Shown here piece by piece: positions 41,300 through 50,085 of a stretch of DNA of 64,000 bases. The stretch is taken from positions 192,719-256,718 of the forward strand of contig CAWEHE010000008.1 in the NCBI GenBank assembly GCA_963808735.1, given 5' to 3'. Numbering within the stretch: the first letter of the stretch is position 1; the number at the start of each line of letters is the position of its first letter. A program made the translations under genes and the position numbers. This DNA comes from an uncultured Thermoleophilia bacterium (GTDB lineage: Bacteria; Actinomycetota; Thermoleophilia; UBA2241). The notes beneath the pieces are model-generated. The model had not been told where the DNA came from, did no database searches, and saw only the letters and a list, made by a program, of their open reading frames with translations.

Positions 41300-41735
41300 T
41301 GAAGCGAGCGTCAGCGGTCATCGTGCTCGCCGCGGGTTCAAGAAGGCCGGACTCGCCTGGCGCGAGCGGCGGGCGACGCCTCACTGTGTTCATCTGCAGC
41401 GGGTCGCAGCTCGGACGCGGCTGTCTACGGCAGACGTGGGAGCATCCGCCCGCTCGGCGAACTCGAGCTCGGCCGGCCGATGCCAGTGCCGCTCGGGCTC
41501 GGCTCGAGCTACTCGCCGCTGACGCCGCGTCGGCTTCGTCGAGCTCATCGACCTCGACCTGCTCAGTGCCGGCGACGTCGGCTTCGCTCGGCTGCGGCAG
41601 CTGGCGTGGACTACGCGCTGCCGTCTCGAGCGGCGGTCGCCTCGCCTACGGGCGCTCGAGGCATGGGCGCCGCTGGCGTCGGATGCCGTCGCAGCGCGAA
41701 GGCGAGCAGAGTAGCTGGGGGTTGGCGTGACGGCA
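41300..41735 (+). pseudogene. cassette 3: decayed paralog of the cassette-1 DUF4304 gene
   Basis: Nucleotide similarity to 40190..40590 (GGGTTCAAGAAGGCCGGAC, CACTGTGTTCA.CTGCAG, CGCCCGCTCGGCGAACTCGAGC, GAGCTGCGGCAGCTGGC.GTGGACTACGCGCT) with many indels and no intact ORF. Confidence 0.45.
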
Positions 41736-41823
41736 CCAACAAGCGGATCAAGCTGGCTCGCCGCGGCGCCGACGGCCTCACGAGAGGCCGGCGCGCTCGC
41801 AGCTTATCCGCGGTGCGTTAGGC
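41734..41823 (+). other. attC site 3
   Basis: CACCAAC..GTTAGGC, type A arms. Confidence 0.8.
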
Positions 41824-41839
41824 GCGGCAACGGGGCAGC

Positions 41840-42188
41840 ATGAATCAACCGATCCCAGACGTGACCATGGCCGACCTCGACCGGATCGTACGCGCGACTT
41901 CCCGCCGGGGGTCGCACGGGCAGGTTGTCAACATTCTGATTCGCTACGGCAGGGGAGACGGCGGAAAGAATCGCGTCTGCGCCGCCGCGTTGAAGCTAGC
42001 CGATGGCGACATCGAGCAGCTGGAGCACTACGATCTGACGAGGCCAGAAGCGACTACCGCGACGTCTTCGGCCTGGGCCGAGTATCCGGCCTACATGGAC
42101 TGCGTGCTCGGACCCAACGGACGAGAGCGAAGCCAAGGCGCTGATCGACGCTGACTGGGAGCAGTATCAGGACTGGTTCAGCCGGTGA
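41840..42188 (+). CDS. cassette 4 ORF: hypothetical protein (apparent frameshift near 42120)
   Basis: ATG 41840 (MNQPIPDVTMADLDRIVRAT..). The protein-like C-terminus DESEAKALIDADWEQYQDWFSR* is in the +1 frame and ends just before attC. Confidence 0.35.
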
Positions 42189-42195
42189 GCAAGCC

Positions 42196-42285
42196 GCCTA
42201 ACAAGCGCATCAACCTGACGCGCCCAACGGCTTCTGTAGCAACCTCAGACCGCAGCCCGCGCAGGTTATGCGCGGTGCGTTAGCC
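42196..42285 (+). other. attC site 4
   Basis: GCCTAAC AAGCGCATCAACCTG..CAGGTTATGCGCGGTGC GTTAGCC, type B arms. Confidence 0.8.
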
Positions 42286-42308
42286 GGGGCAGGTCGGGAG
42301 GTCACAGG

Positions 42309-42748
42309 ATGTCCACTGAACCAGGCAGGATTTCAGCCGCCGCCGGAGCCCGGCGGACCGCGTTGCCGCGCCCGTCGCGCTGGCGCCGCGCCGCTGGAAC
42401 TGGGGCGCCTTCATGTTCACCTGGCTCTGGGGCCTGTTCAACGGTGCCTGGTGGCCGCTGCTCGGCCTTCTGCTCGCGCTCGTCCCCTCGGTCGAGCTTT
42501 GGCGCCACGCGCTCCCCGGCGGCGGCAGCGTCTGGGTCTCCACCGGCACCCTGCTCTACACCGCCTGGTCGGTGTTCTGCGGCCTCATGGGCGACCGCTG
42601 GGCCCTTCGCAGCCGCCGGTGGCGTGACGCCGCCCACTTCCGCAGCGCTCAGCACAACTGGGCGGTGGCCGCCCTCGTCGTCGCCATCGTCCTCGCCGTC
42701 GTGGTCGTCGCCGTGCTCGCCGCGGCGTCGGCGGGGCTCATCTCCTGA
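42309..42748 (+). pseudogene. cassette 5: DUF2628-family membrane protein, frameshifted copy
   Basis: Near-identical to cassette 7 but with one C missing in GAGCCCCGG (about 42345). ATG 42309 reads out of frame; the FNWGAF-type motif WNWGAFMFTWLWGLF is in the other frame (track ORF 42413..42748). Confidence 0.5.
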
Positions 42749-42770
42749 CCATATGTCTGTTGTTGCGCCC

Positions 42771-42861
42771 GGCTAACAAGCGGATCAAGCTGACTCGACA
42801 AACGGCTTCCGTAGTATCCTCGAAGCGGAAGCGCTCGCAGCTTATCCGCGGTGCGTTGGGC
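42771..42861 (+). other. attC site 5
   Basis: GGCTAAC..GTTGGGC. Confidence 0.8.
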
Positions 42862-42918
42862 AGAGCAGGCGGCCCGCGGGATTTCCCTTCTCGCGCCGTA
42901 GGAAGGGGGAGGTGAGCC

Positions 42919-43266
42919 GTGTCGAAGCGCAGCATCATCGTCCTGTTCGTGATCGTCGCCGCCGGCGTTTGATCCTGGCCGTCACGATTCCGCCTCTCCT
43001 CAGCTCGCCGTCCCAGATCGCCCAGAAGGCAGCCGGTACCTGGCAGGAGGTTGGTGAGGCGCCTGCATACACCATGCAGGTCGTTGGCGCCGGCTCCACC
43101 TATCTGGTCAGCTACCCGCGCTGGCGCTATGACCGTGAAGGCTTTCTCTCTTCAGGGCGACGAGCTCGTCGGGGGCGGTGGCGAGAACACCATGAACGAC
43201 ATGGTGAAGACCATCACCTACGACAATGGGGCCGATCAGCTCACCATCAGCGACGAAGAGCGGTGA
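42919..43266 (+). CDS. cassette 6 ORF: small secreted protein (two compensating apparent frameshifts)
   Basis: GTG 42919 after GGGGGAGGTGA. Signal/TM VSKRSIIVLFVIVAAGV continues as LILAVTIPPLL only after a 1-nt shift at GTTTGATC. Frame returns near TTTCTCTCTT to give ..LQGDELVGGGGENTMNDMVKTITYDNGADQLTISDEER*. Confidence 0.3.
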
Positions 43267-43588
43267 CACGGTACACCCTTCAGCGCGTAGACCGTCCGGC
43301 CGGGATCGTCGGCGTGATGCGCGAGGCGGGCGGACGGTACCCGGGCCTCAGGCGCATGCCCAACGTGCTCATCGAGGTCCGCTGTGCAGTCGGCGGATGG
43401 CCCCGTCGTCTCCAACGCGACCTCCGGCAAGAAGGGGACGTTCAAAGTCACCGTCGCACCGGGTCGCTACTGGGTCGTACCGGTGGCCAAGGGCGACGAG
43501 CAGGTGGTGGCCGATGCGGTGTCGGTCGAGGCAGGTTCGTACGTCGCGGCGAAGCCGTTCTTCTCAGTCAGGTGAGCTGCAGTGGCCT

Positions 43589-43675
43589 GCCCAACAAGCA
43601 CATCAACCTGATGCACCCGAAGGGAGCAGTGGACTCACGGTCAACGGCGCACAGGTTATGTGCCGGACGTTAGCC
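43589..43675 (+). other. attC site 6
   Basis: GCCCAAC AAGCACATCAACCTG..CAGGTTATGTGCCGGAC GTTAGCC, type B variant. Confidence 0.75.
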
Positions 43676-43698
43676 GGGGCAGGTCGGGAGGTCACAGG

Positions 43699-44139
43699 AT
43701 GTCCACTGAACCAGGCAGGATTTCAGCCGCCGCCGGAGCCCCGGCGGACCGCGTTGCCGCGCCCGTCGCGCTGGCGCCGCGCCGCTGGAACTGGGGCGCC
43801 TTCATGTTCACCTGGCTCTGGGGCCTGTTCAACGGTGCCTGGTGGCCGCTGCTCGGCCTTCTGCTCGCGCTCGTCCCCTCGGTCGAGCTTTGGCGCCACG
43901 CGCTCCCCGGCGGCGGCAGCGTCTGGGTCTCCACCGGCACCCTGCTCTACACCGCCTGGTCGGTGTTCTGCGGCCTCATGGGCGACCGCTGGGCCCTTCG
44001 CAGCCGCCGGTGGCGCGACGCCGCCCACTTCCGCAGCGCTCAGCACAACTGGGCGGTGGCCGCCCTCGTCGTCGCCATCGTCCTCGCCGTCGTGGTCGTC
44101 GCCGTGCTCGCCGCGGCGTCGGCGGGGCTCATCTCCTGA
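43699..44139 (+). CDS. cassette 7 ORF: DUF2628-family membrane protein (intact copy)
   Basis: ATG 43699 with GGGAGG RBS. MSTEPGRISAAAGAPADRVAAPVALAPRRWNWGAFMFTWLWGLFNGAWWPLLG.., 2-3 TM helices. Confidence 0.6.
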   Translation: MSTEPGRISAAAGAPADRVAAPVALAPRRWNWGAFMFTWLWGLFNGAWWPLLGLLLALVPSVELWRHALPGGGSVWVSTGTLLYTAWSVFCGLMGDRWALRSRRWRDAAHFRSAQHNWAVAALVVAIVLAVVVVAVLAAASAGLIS

Positions 44140-44172
44140 CCATATGTCTGTTGTTGCGCCCGGCTAACAAGC

Positions 44173-44262
44173 GGATCAAGCTGACTCGACAAACGGCTTC
44201 CGTAGTATCCTCAAGCGGAAGCGCTCGCAGCTTATCCGCGGTGCGTTAGGCGCACAGTAAGA
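44173..44262 (+). other. attC site 7
   Basis: GGCTAAC..GTTAGGC. Near-identical to attC 5. Confidence 0.8.
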
Positions 44263-44559
44263 CGGAACGTGTGAGACCGTCCTCTCTGAGCGTGAACGAA
44301 CTGGTAGTTGGCGCTCGAGCATGCGCTGAACGCCAGCGCCCGCTCATCGCCCGACCTTCTTCGCAGACGCTGCCGTGTGGAGTCGATGCGTGCTACGCTG
44401 GCCTCGGCTCGCAGCGGAGCGGAGCCGGCTACACCGCCGGCGACGTAAGCACGTGCACGAGACCGGTGGAGCAGCTGCGCATCCAGAACTCGGTCGCGCT
44501 CGCACGACGACGGCGTTCGCCGGTGAGCGCCGTGTCTTCGAGCTCGCGGCTCCGACGCG

Positions 44560-44743
44560 ATGCGGCAGGCCATCGACACCGAGGTCCGCGCGATCTCGGA
44601 CGCTCCTCGCAGCTCGCTGCACTGCTTCGAGATCACTGTGCGGCGATGCGCTCGCTGCATCAATCATGGTCTCGCGCGACTACGCAAAAGCGATGTTCCG
44701 GCACGACGAGGTCCGGGCGTTGTCGGAGGCGAATGGTGCCTAA
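44560..44743 (+). CDS. cassette 8 ORF: small hypothetical protein (frame uncertain)
   Basis: ATG 44560 (MRQAIDTEVRAISDAPRSSLHCFEITV..). A +1 frame ends ..MVSRDYAKAMFRHDEVRALSEANGA* using the TAA inside the attC inverse core. Confidence 0.2.
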
Positions 44744-44826
44744 CAAGCGGATCAAGCTGGCTCGCCAAAGCGCCGCGGCAAGACGAGAGGCCGCGGCGCT
44801 CGCAGCTTATCCGCGGTGCGTTAGAC
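44738..44826 (+). other. attC site 8
   Basis: GCCTAAC..GTTAGAC, type A. Confidence 0.8.
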
Positions 44827-44846
44827 AGGCACGGTGAGGCGGCAAG

Positions 44847-45302
44847 GTGGACCTCAATCTGCGACCGGCCTCGAAGCGAGATCGGGAGTTCCTCTACGCG
44901 CTGCACTGCTCCACCATGCGCGACGTGATCGAGCAGACATGGGGCTGGGATGAGGCCTGGCAGCGTGCCGACTTCGAGAAGCGTTTCGAGGTGTGCGCCG
45001 TCTCGATCATCGAGGCCGGAGCGCGCTCTGTCGGGAGTCTGTGGCTCGAGCAGCGACCCGACTCGCTCTACATCCACGAACTGCAGGTGACGCCCCCACA
45101 ACAGGGTAGGGGAATCGGCACGGCGGTGATCGAGATGGTGATCGAGCAGGGTGCCAGTCGCGGACTGCCGATCGTCCTCTCGGTCGTCCCGGCGAACCCA
45201 CGCGCCCGCGATTTGTACGAACGATTGGGCTTCAGAGTGACGTGCGTCGAACCACCATTCATTCGCATGCGACATGACGCGCGCCTAGCGGGAGCTGTCT
45301 AA
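44847..45302 (+). CDS. cassette 9 ORF: GNAT-family N-acetyltransferase
   Basis: 151 aa. Motif A QQGRGIGTAVIEMVIEQ. Stop TAA lies within the inverse core GTCTAAC. Confidence 0.75.
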   Translation: MDLNLRPASKRDREFLYALHCSTMRDVIEQTWGWDEAWQRADFEKRFEVCAVSIIEAGARSVGSLWLEQRPDSLYIHELQVTPPQQGRGIGTAVIEMVIEQGASRGLPIVLSVVPANPRARDLYERLGFRVTCVEPPFIRMRHDARLAGAV

Positions 45303-45386
45303 CATGCGCGTCAACCTGACGCGGTCAACGGTTTCTGTAGTAACTTGGGAGCGCGGCCCGCGCAGGTTACGCGCGGTGCGTTGGAC
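45297..45386 (+). other. attC site 9
   Basis: GTCTAAC ATGCGCGTCAACCTG..CAGGTTACGCGCGGTGC GTTGGAC, type B. Confidence 0.8.
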
Positions 45387-45403
45387 CGACTGACGGAGGG
45401 GTT

Positions 45404-45940
45404 GTGAGGATCGGGGCCGTTCTTCTATTCGTTGTCGCACTCTTGGGGCTCTCCGCATGCGGTCAGTCATCGTCCACCTTTGCGCCGTCGCCCACGTCGA
45501 CGCCCGCCGCTGTCAGCTATGCCGACCCGGCCGAACTGTACGCCGCTATCGAGAAGGCGGGCGCGCCGAAGGTCGAGGGCTTCGGCAGCGGCACGTTCAG
45601 CGAGGGCGGCTCGATGCCAGCTGACGCCAAGGCCGAGCGCGGCAACTTCATGGCCGCCATCTCCTCCGACCGCTACATGCTCTCGCTCGCCGACGGGACG
45701 CCGGCCGTGTCGATGGTTGCAGCCGTCTTCCCTGACGCGGCCTTGCGGGACCTTGGCGTGGCTTTCGGGCAGCATCTCGCCGCCGCGCTCGGGAACCCGT
45801 CTGAGCCGCAACTGCAGGGACCGAACTGGCTCATCTGGGGCGACGAGGAGGCGCTGCGGGCGATCCAGGGCGCGATTGGCGGCGAGATGGGTCGCACGCC
45901 CACCGTCACGGTGTCGCCCGAAGCGGGAGCCGCATCTTGA
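45404..45940 (+). CDS. cassette 10 ORF: lipoprotein, hypothetical
   Basis: Signal peptide plus lipobox LLGLSAC. 178 aa. Confidence 0.6.
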   Translation: MRIGAVLLFVVALLGLSACGQSSSTFAPSPTSTPAAVSYADPAELYAAIEKAGAPKVEGFGSGTFSEGGSMPADAKAERGNFMAAISSDRYMLSLADGTPAVSMVAAVFPDAALRDLGVAFGQHLAAALGNPSEPQLQGPNWLIWGDEEALRAIQGAIGGEMGRTPTVTVSPEAGAAS

Positions 45941-45974
45941 CGTTGCGCAAGGCCATGTGGCAGGTGTTAGAGCG

Positions 45975-46064
45975 GTCCAACCAGCGGATCAAGCTGGCTC
46001 GCCGCAGCGCCGGCGGCCTCACGAGAGGCCGTCGCGCTCGCAGCTTATCCGCGGTGCGTTGGGC
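45975..46064 (+). other. attC site 10
   Basis: GTCCAAC..GTTGGGC, type A. Confidence 0.8.
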
Positions 46065-46097
46065 GCATCCACACCCTATCGCGGAGGTCGGGATGCC

Positions 46098-46529
46098 ATG
46101 AATCGTGAGCACGTGCCGGTGGGCTTCCTGCTGATCGCCGCCTTCTACGCGCTGGGCGTCGCTGCGGTGACGTTCACGCTCTTCACCAACCGGGATGAGG
46201 TCGGCGCCCAGCTCGCTGCCGTGCATGGTCTCACCATGCTTGCCGGCCCTGCCAGCATGCTGCTCACGATCGCGGCGGGCGCCATGGTCGTGGTCGCGTT
46301 CTGCAGACCGCGGCCCTGGGCCTTCTGGCTCGTCGTCGGGTACATGGTGTACCTGCTCATCATCCCCCGACTCATGGTGGGGCCGAACGGCATCTCGGTC
46401 TTCGCCAACGTCGTCTGGCCTCTGTTCATGCTGGCCTATCTCCTTTGGCGGCATCGCTACTTCGGTATCGGCAGGCCCTTGGAGCGCCCAACAAGCGCAT
46501 CGAGCAGAACGCCAGCAGGTCTGCCGTGA
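46098..46529 (+). CDS. cassette 11 ORF: hypothetical 4-TM membrane protein
   Basis: ATG 46098 after GGAGGTCGGG. MNREHVPVGFLLIAAFYALGVAAVTF.. 143 aa. 3' end overlaps attC. Confidence 0.5.
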   Translation: MNREHVPVGFLLIAAFYALGVAAVTFTLFTNRDEVGAQLAAVHGLTMLAGPASMLLTIAAGAMVVVAFCRPRPWAFWLVVGYMVYLLIIPRLMVGPNGISVFANVVWPLFMLAYLLWRHRYFGIGRPLERPTSASSRTPAGLP

Positions 46530-46572
46530 ACCGGCAGGCCGACCGCGTCTGCTCATGCGCGGTGCGTTAGCC
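46486..46572 (+). other. attC site 11
   Basis: GCCCAAC AAGCGCATCGAGCAG..CTGCTCATGCGCGGTGC GTTAGCC, type C arms. Confidence 0.8.
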
Positions 46573-46604
46573 CCATCAACTGCACTGCCTGGGAGGATGC
46601 GTCC

Positions 46605-47267
46605 GTGAATCCCATCGAACGCAGGGTTCGGGCCCACATCATGAACCGCCTGCTCGAGACGGGCGAGGCGCCGAGCGTGAGCCAGGTCTCGGACTCGCTT
46701 GAGATCTCGCGAGCAGACGTGATCGCCGGTCTTCACTCACTCGCAGCTCAGCATCGTCTCGTCTTGCGGCCCGCCTCGGACGCGATCTGGATGGCGCATC
46801 CGTTCTCAGGGATCGAGACGGACTTTGTAGTGAACGCGGCCGGCCGCACATGGTACGCGAACTGCGTTTGGGACGGGCTTTCGATTCTCGGTCACGTCGG
46901 CGACGGACGACTTGAGACGCACTCGCCACAGACAGGGGAGGCCATCCGCTTCGACGTCGAAGACGGCCGCGTAGTAGGTGATGCGATCGTCCACTTCCTC
47001 GTGCCTGCGAAGCTGTTCTGGGATGACATAGGGTTCACGTGAGCCAACATCTCGGCCTTCCGGTCGGAAGGCGAACTCAGCTCGTGGCTGACGTCGACGG
47101 GGTATGCGGTCGGTGCAGTGGTGAGCCCGCAGACCGTCTATGACCTCGGGCGCGACTGGTACGGAACCAGACTCGACCTGGACTTTCAGCCGTTCACGCC
47201 CGAGCAGGCGCAGGACACCTTCGCGAAGCATGGGCTTGTCGGCGCGTTCTGGTCGCTGGTCTCATGA
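46605..47267 (+). pseudogene. cassette 12: MerB-like organomercurial lyase interrupted by an in-frame TGA (47040-47042)
   Basis: N-terminal HTH-like region, then TWYANCVWDGLSILGHVG and ..FLVPAKLFWDDIGFT-TGA-ANISAFRSEGELSSWL..LVS*. The two pieces are in the same frame and total about 220 aa, like MerB. Confidence 0.5.
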
Positions 47268-47269
47268 GG

Positions 47270-47356
47270 GGCTAACAAGCGCATCGAGCAGAACGCCACA
47301 AGGTCCGCCGCACAGCGGCAGGCCAGCCGTGTCTGCTCATGCGCGGTGCGTTAGTC
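47270..47356 (+). other. attC site 12
   Basis: GGCTAAC..GTTAGTC, type C. Confidence 0.8.
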
Positions 47357-47425
47357 ACAGCCTCCTCCACTGGTCGAGAGGGTACGTTAGTGGTACCGTG
47401 ACCGGTAGTACAGGAGGTAGCGTCA

Positions 47426-47701
47426 ATGGCATCAGTACCCGACATCGTACCCATCACCGACCTGCGCCAGGACGCCTCGGGCGTGATCAAGCGGGCCGCC
47501 GACACCCAGCAGCCGGTGTTCATCACGCAGCGCGGTCGCGCGTCCGCCGTCGTCGTCAGCGCGAAGGCCTACGAGCGCACGCAGCACGAGCTCGAGATCC
47601 TGCGCCTGCTCGCCACCGGCGAGGCCGAGATCGAGGCCGGCACCGGCCACGCGCTGGCAGACGTGTTGGCCGAGGCTGACGAGCTGCTCGGCAGGCCGTG
47701 A
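47426..47701 (+). CDS. cassette 13: Phd/YefM-family antitoxin
   Basis: 91 aa. PITDLRQDASGVIKRAADTQQPVFITQRGRASAVVVSAKAYE. Confidence 0.75.
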   Translation: MASVPDIVPITDLRQDASGVIKRAADTQQPVFITQRGRASAVVVSAKAYERTQHELEILRLLATGEAEIEAGTGHALADVLAEADELLGRP

Positions 47702-48006
47702 GCCGCAGGGTCCTCTTCACCCCCGCAGCCCGCGAGCAGTTCCTCGCGGCGCTCGCCTACATCGCGGGCGACGACCCGGCGGCAGCGCGGAATCTGCGCG
47801 ACCGCGCCGGCGCATCGCTCGCGCACCTCGCCGACTACCCGGAATCGGGGCGCGTGCTGCGTGAGTTCCCTGACCTGCCGTTTCGCGAGGTCATCGTGCC
47901 GCCGTACCGCTTCTTCTACCGCGTCAAGGACGACGCGGTGTGGGTGGTCGCGGCCTGGCACTCGGCCCAGCTTCCCGGCGAGCCGGAGGACGTTGGGCGT
48001 GACTAA
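47698..48006 (+). CDS. cassette 13: ParE/RelE-family toxin
   Basis: GTG overlaps the antitoxin stop. LFTPAAREQF..EVIVPPYRFFYRV..VWVVAAWH. Stop TAA inside the inverse core GACTAAC. Confidence 0.7.
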   Translation: MSRRVLFTPAAREQFLAALAYIAGDDPAAARNLRDRAGASLAHLADYPESGRVLREFPDLPFREVIVPPYRFFYRVKDDAVWVVAAWHSAQLPGEPEDVGRD

Positions 48007-48091
48007 CAAGCGGATCAAGCTGGCTCGCCGGCAGCGTCTACGGTACACTTCGTACCGTGAGCGCTCGCAGCTTATCCGCGGTGCGTTGGGC
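48001..48091 (+). other. attC site 13
   Basis: GACTAAC..GTTGGGC, type A with a divergent central loop. Confidence 0.8.
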
Positions 48092-48184
48092 ATACGCTCG
48101 GCGACCCGTGGCGGAGTCCGGAGCGCAGGGTGGACGTTGCCCTCGGGTCGTTGCATTTCCGCAGTCTCCGGTTATACTCACGGT

Positions 48185-48418
48185 ATGAAGACGGCGATCT
48201 CCATACCCGACGACCTGTTCGCCGACGCCGAGCAGCTGGCTCGGGAGCTGAAGAAGTCGCGCAGCAGCCTCTACGGGGACGCGGTGCGTGAGTACGTCGC
48301 CCGCCACTCCGCCGAGAGCATCACCGAGGGCCTGGATCGCCTCTGCGACGAGGTCGATTGCCGCAGCGATTTCGCCGGTGCCGCTGCGCGCCGCACCTTC
48401 GAGCGTAGCGACTGGTGA
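48185..48418 (+). CDS. mazE: cassette 14: ribbon-helix-helix (CopG/MazE-like) antitoxin
   Basis: 77 aa. MKTAISIPDDLFADAEQLARELKKSRSSLYGDAVREYV. Confidence 0.65.
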   Translation: MKTAISIPDDLFADAEQLARELKKSRSSLYGDAVREYVARHSAESITEGLDRLCDEVDCRSDFAGAAARRTFERSDW

Positions 48419-48756
48419 CCGCCCAGGGCGAGGTCTGGTGGGCCGACCTGGGCGAGCCCTCCGGCTCCGAGCCCGGCTTCCGCCGCCCCGTCGTCGTCGT
48501 GCAGGGCGACGCCTTCAACCGCAGCCGCATCGCCACCGTCGTCTGCGTCGCGCTGACCAGCAACCTGCGCTGGGCCGACGCCCCCGGCAACGTCCTCCTC
48601 AGCGCGCGCGCTACCGGTCTGCCCAAGGATTCCGTGGCCAATGTCTCGCAGCTCGTGACCGTCGACCGCGAGGCGCTCACCGAGCGCGTCGGCGCCCTGC
48701 CCGCGAAGAAGCTCGAGCTTGTGCTGCTCGGCATCGACATCGTCCTCGGGCGTTGA
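48415..48756 (+). CDS. mazF: cassette 14: MazF/PemK-family endoribonuclease toxin
   Basis: GTG overlaps the antitoxin stop. GEVWWADLGEPSGSEPGFRRPVVVVQGDAFN.. Confidence 0.75.
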   Translation: MTAQGEVWWADLGEPSGSEPGFRRPVVVVQGDAFNRSRIATVVCVALTSNLRWADAPGNVLLSARATGLPKDSVANVSQLVTVDREALTERVGALPAKKLELVLLGIDIVLGR

Positions 48757-48763
48757 CGCGATT

Positions 48764-48853
48764 GCCCAACAAGCGGATCAAGCTGACTCGCAGATGCGCC
48801 GGCGGCCTCACGGGAGGCCGGCGCGCTCGCAGGTTATGCGTGGTGCGTTAGGC
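48764..48853 (+). other. attC site 14
   Basis: GCCCAAC..GTTAGGC, mixed A/B arms (AAGCTGACTCGC / CAGGTTATGCGTGG). Confidence 0.8.
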
Positions 48854-48875
48854 GCGCGGAGGACCACGGAGACCG

Positions 48876-49478
48876 ATGTATTACGGGCTGCTTATCTACC
48901 CCAACGGCGTGGACGAGGCCCTCGTAGGCAGGATACGTCGTAAGTACGATCCCACGGTCGATGTCATCGCCCCGCACGTGCCGGTCGTCTATCCGGTTCC
49001 CGACGGGGTGGGACGCGACCTGCTCATCTCTCACATTCGGAACGTCACGCTCGCCTGCGCGCCCTTCGAGATCCGCCTCGGCGCCCTGCACCGGTCAGCC
49101 GACCACTGGCTCTTCTTCACGCCGGTCGACGGCAAGGAGGACCTGAGGCGCCTCCATCTAGGTCTCCACACCGGCCTCCTGGCCGAGTTCCGCGAAGCGG
49201 ACAGGGACTACGTACCGCACGTCGGCCTCGGCCACTTCATGAGAGAAGGCGCGACCTACGACTGGGAGAACCCACGCGAAGAGGACTTCGATGCCGAGAG
49301 GTACGAGGCCGCCGTCCGGGAGGCGCAGCCCCTCCTCGATGGTCCAGCCGAGCGTATCGACACGCTCCATCTGGTCACCATCCCCGACGCGGCGGTCGAG
49401 TGGTTCAGTGGAGAGGGGTCGACGTTCCCGAGGGACTCCCGAGCTGAAGAGGTGTGCGCGTTCACGTTCGGCGCCTAA
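48876..49478 (+). CDS. cassette 15 ORF: hypothetical protein (possibly 2H-phosphoesterase-like)
   Basis: 200 aa, no confident family. Stop TAA inside the inverse core GCCTAAC. Confidence 0.5.
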   Translation: MYYGLLIYPNGVDEALVGRIRRKYDPTVDVIAPHVPVVYPVPDGVGRDLLISHIRNVTLACAPFEIRLGALHRSADHWLFFTPVDGKEDLRRLHLGLHTGLLAEFREADRDYVPHVGLGHFMREGATYDWENPREEDFDAERYEAAVREAQPLLDGPAERIDTLHLVTIPDAAVEWFSGEGSTFPRDSRAEEVCAFTFGA

Positions 49479-49562
49479 CAGGCGCATCGAGCAGATTGGC
49501 CCGCAGGCTATGATGTCGGCGAAGGCGCAGGGAGCCAACTGCTCATGCGCGGTGCGTTCGGT
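49473..49562 (+). other. attC site 15
   Basis: GCCTAAC AGGCGCATCGAGCAG..CTGCTCATGCGCGGTGC GTTCGGT, type C. Confidence 0.75.
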
Positions 49563-49581
49563 GGACCATGGAGGCGGGACG

Positions 49582-49980
49582 GTGAAGGCGCTGCTCGGCA
49601 TCGCGATCTTGTTGCTGGCGACGGTTCTCATCGCCTGCGGCGATGCGCAGCAGCCAGCGACGTGCAGCATCGAAGAGCCGTTGCTCTCAGTCCTCGTCAC
49701 GCCCGGGGGCCTCTACGTCGATGACCAAGTCGAACCGGTCACCCTCGCGCAGCTCGACACGATGTTCGCGGCCCTCGCCGATCAGCACGGCGAGGTACGC
49801 TTGGACAGCTTGGCCCCACTCGGCGGCTTCGCGCCGACAAGCTGGGAGCGCTCGAAGGTCGACCACCACTCGGGGCAGGTGGCTGCCCTCGTCAGCAAGC
49901 ATGGCCTCCACATCGTCACCGAGGCCGGCCGCATGCCGGTACGGGGCTGGGCGAGCCCGCCTGGGGGTGTCGACCCGTGA
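49582..49980 (+). CDS. cassette 16 ORF: lipoprotein, hypothetical
   Basis: GTG 49582 after GGAGG. VKALLGIAILLLATVLIACGD (lipobox LIAC). Confidence 0.55.
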   Translation: MKALLGIAILLLATVLIACGDAQQPATCSIEEPLLSVLVTPGGLYVDDQVEPVTLAQLDTMFAALADQHGEVRLDSLAPLGGFAPTSWERSKVDHHSGQVAALVSKHGLHIVTEAGRMPVRGWASPPGGVDP

Positions 49981-49984
49981 GGCC

Positions 49985-50068
49985 ACCGAACAAGCGCATC
50001 AAGCTGGCCCGCAGTAGACTCTACGCTGAAAGCCGTAGCCCGCGCAGGTTATGCCCGGTGCGTTAGAC
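49985..50068 (+). other. attC site 16
   Basis: ACCGAAC AAGCGCATCAAGCTG..CAGGTTATGCCCGGTGC GTTAGAC. Confidence 0.75.
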
Positions 50069-50085
50069 CGACCAATCGAGGACCG

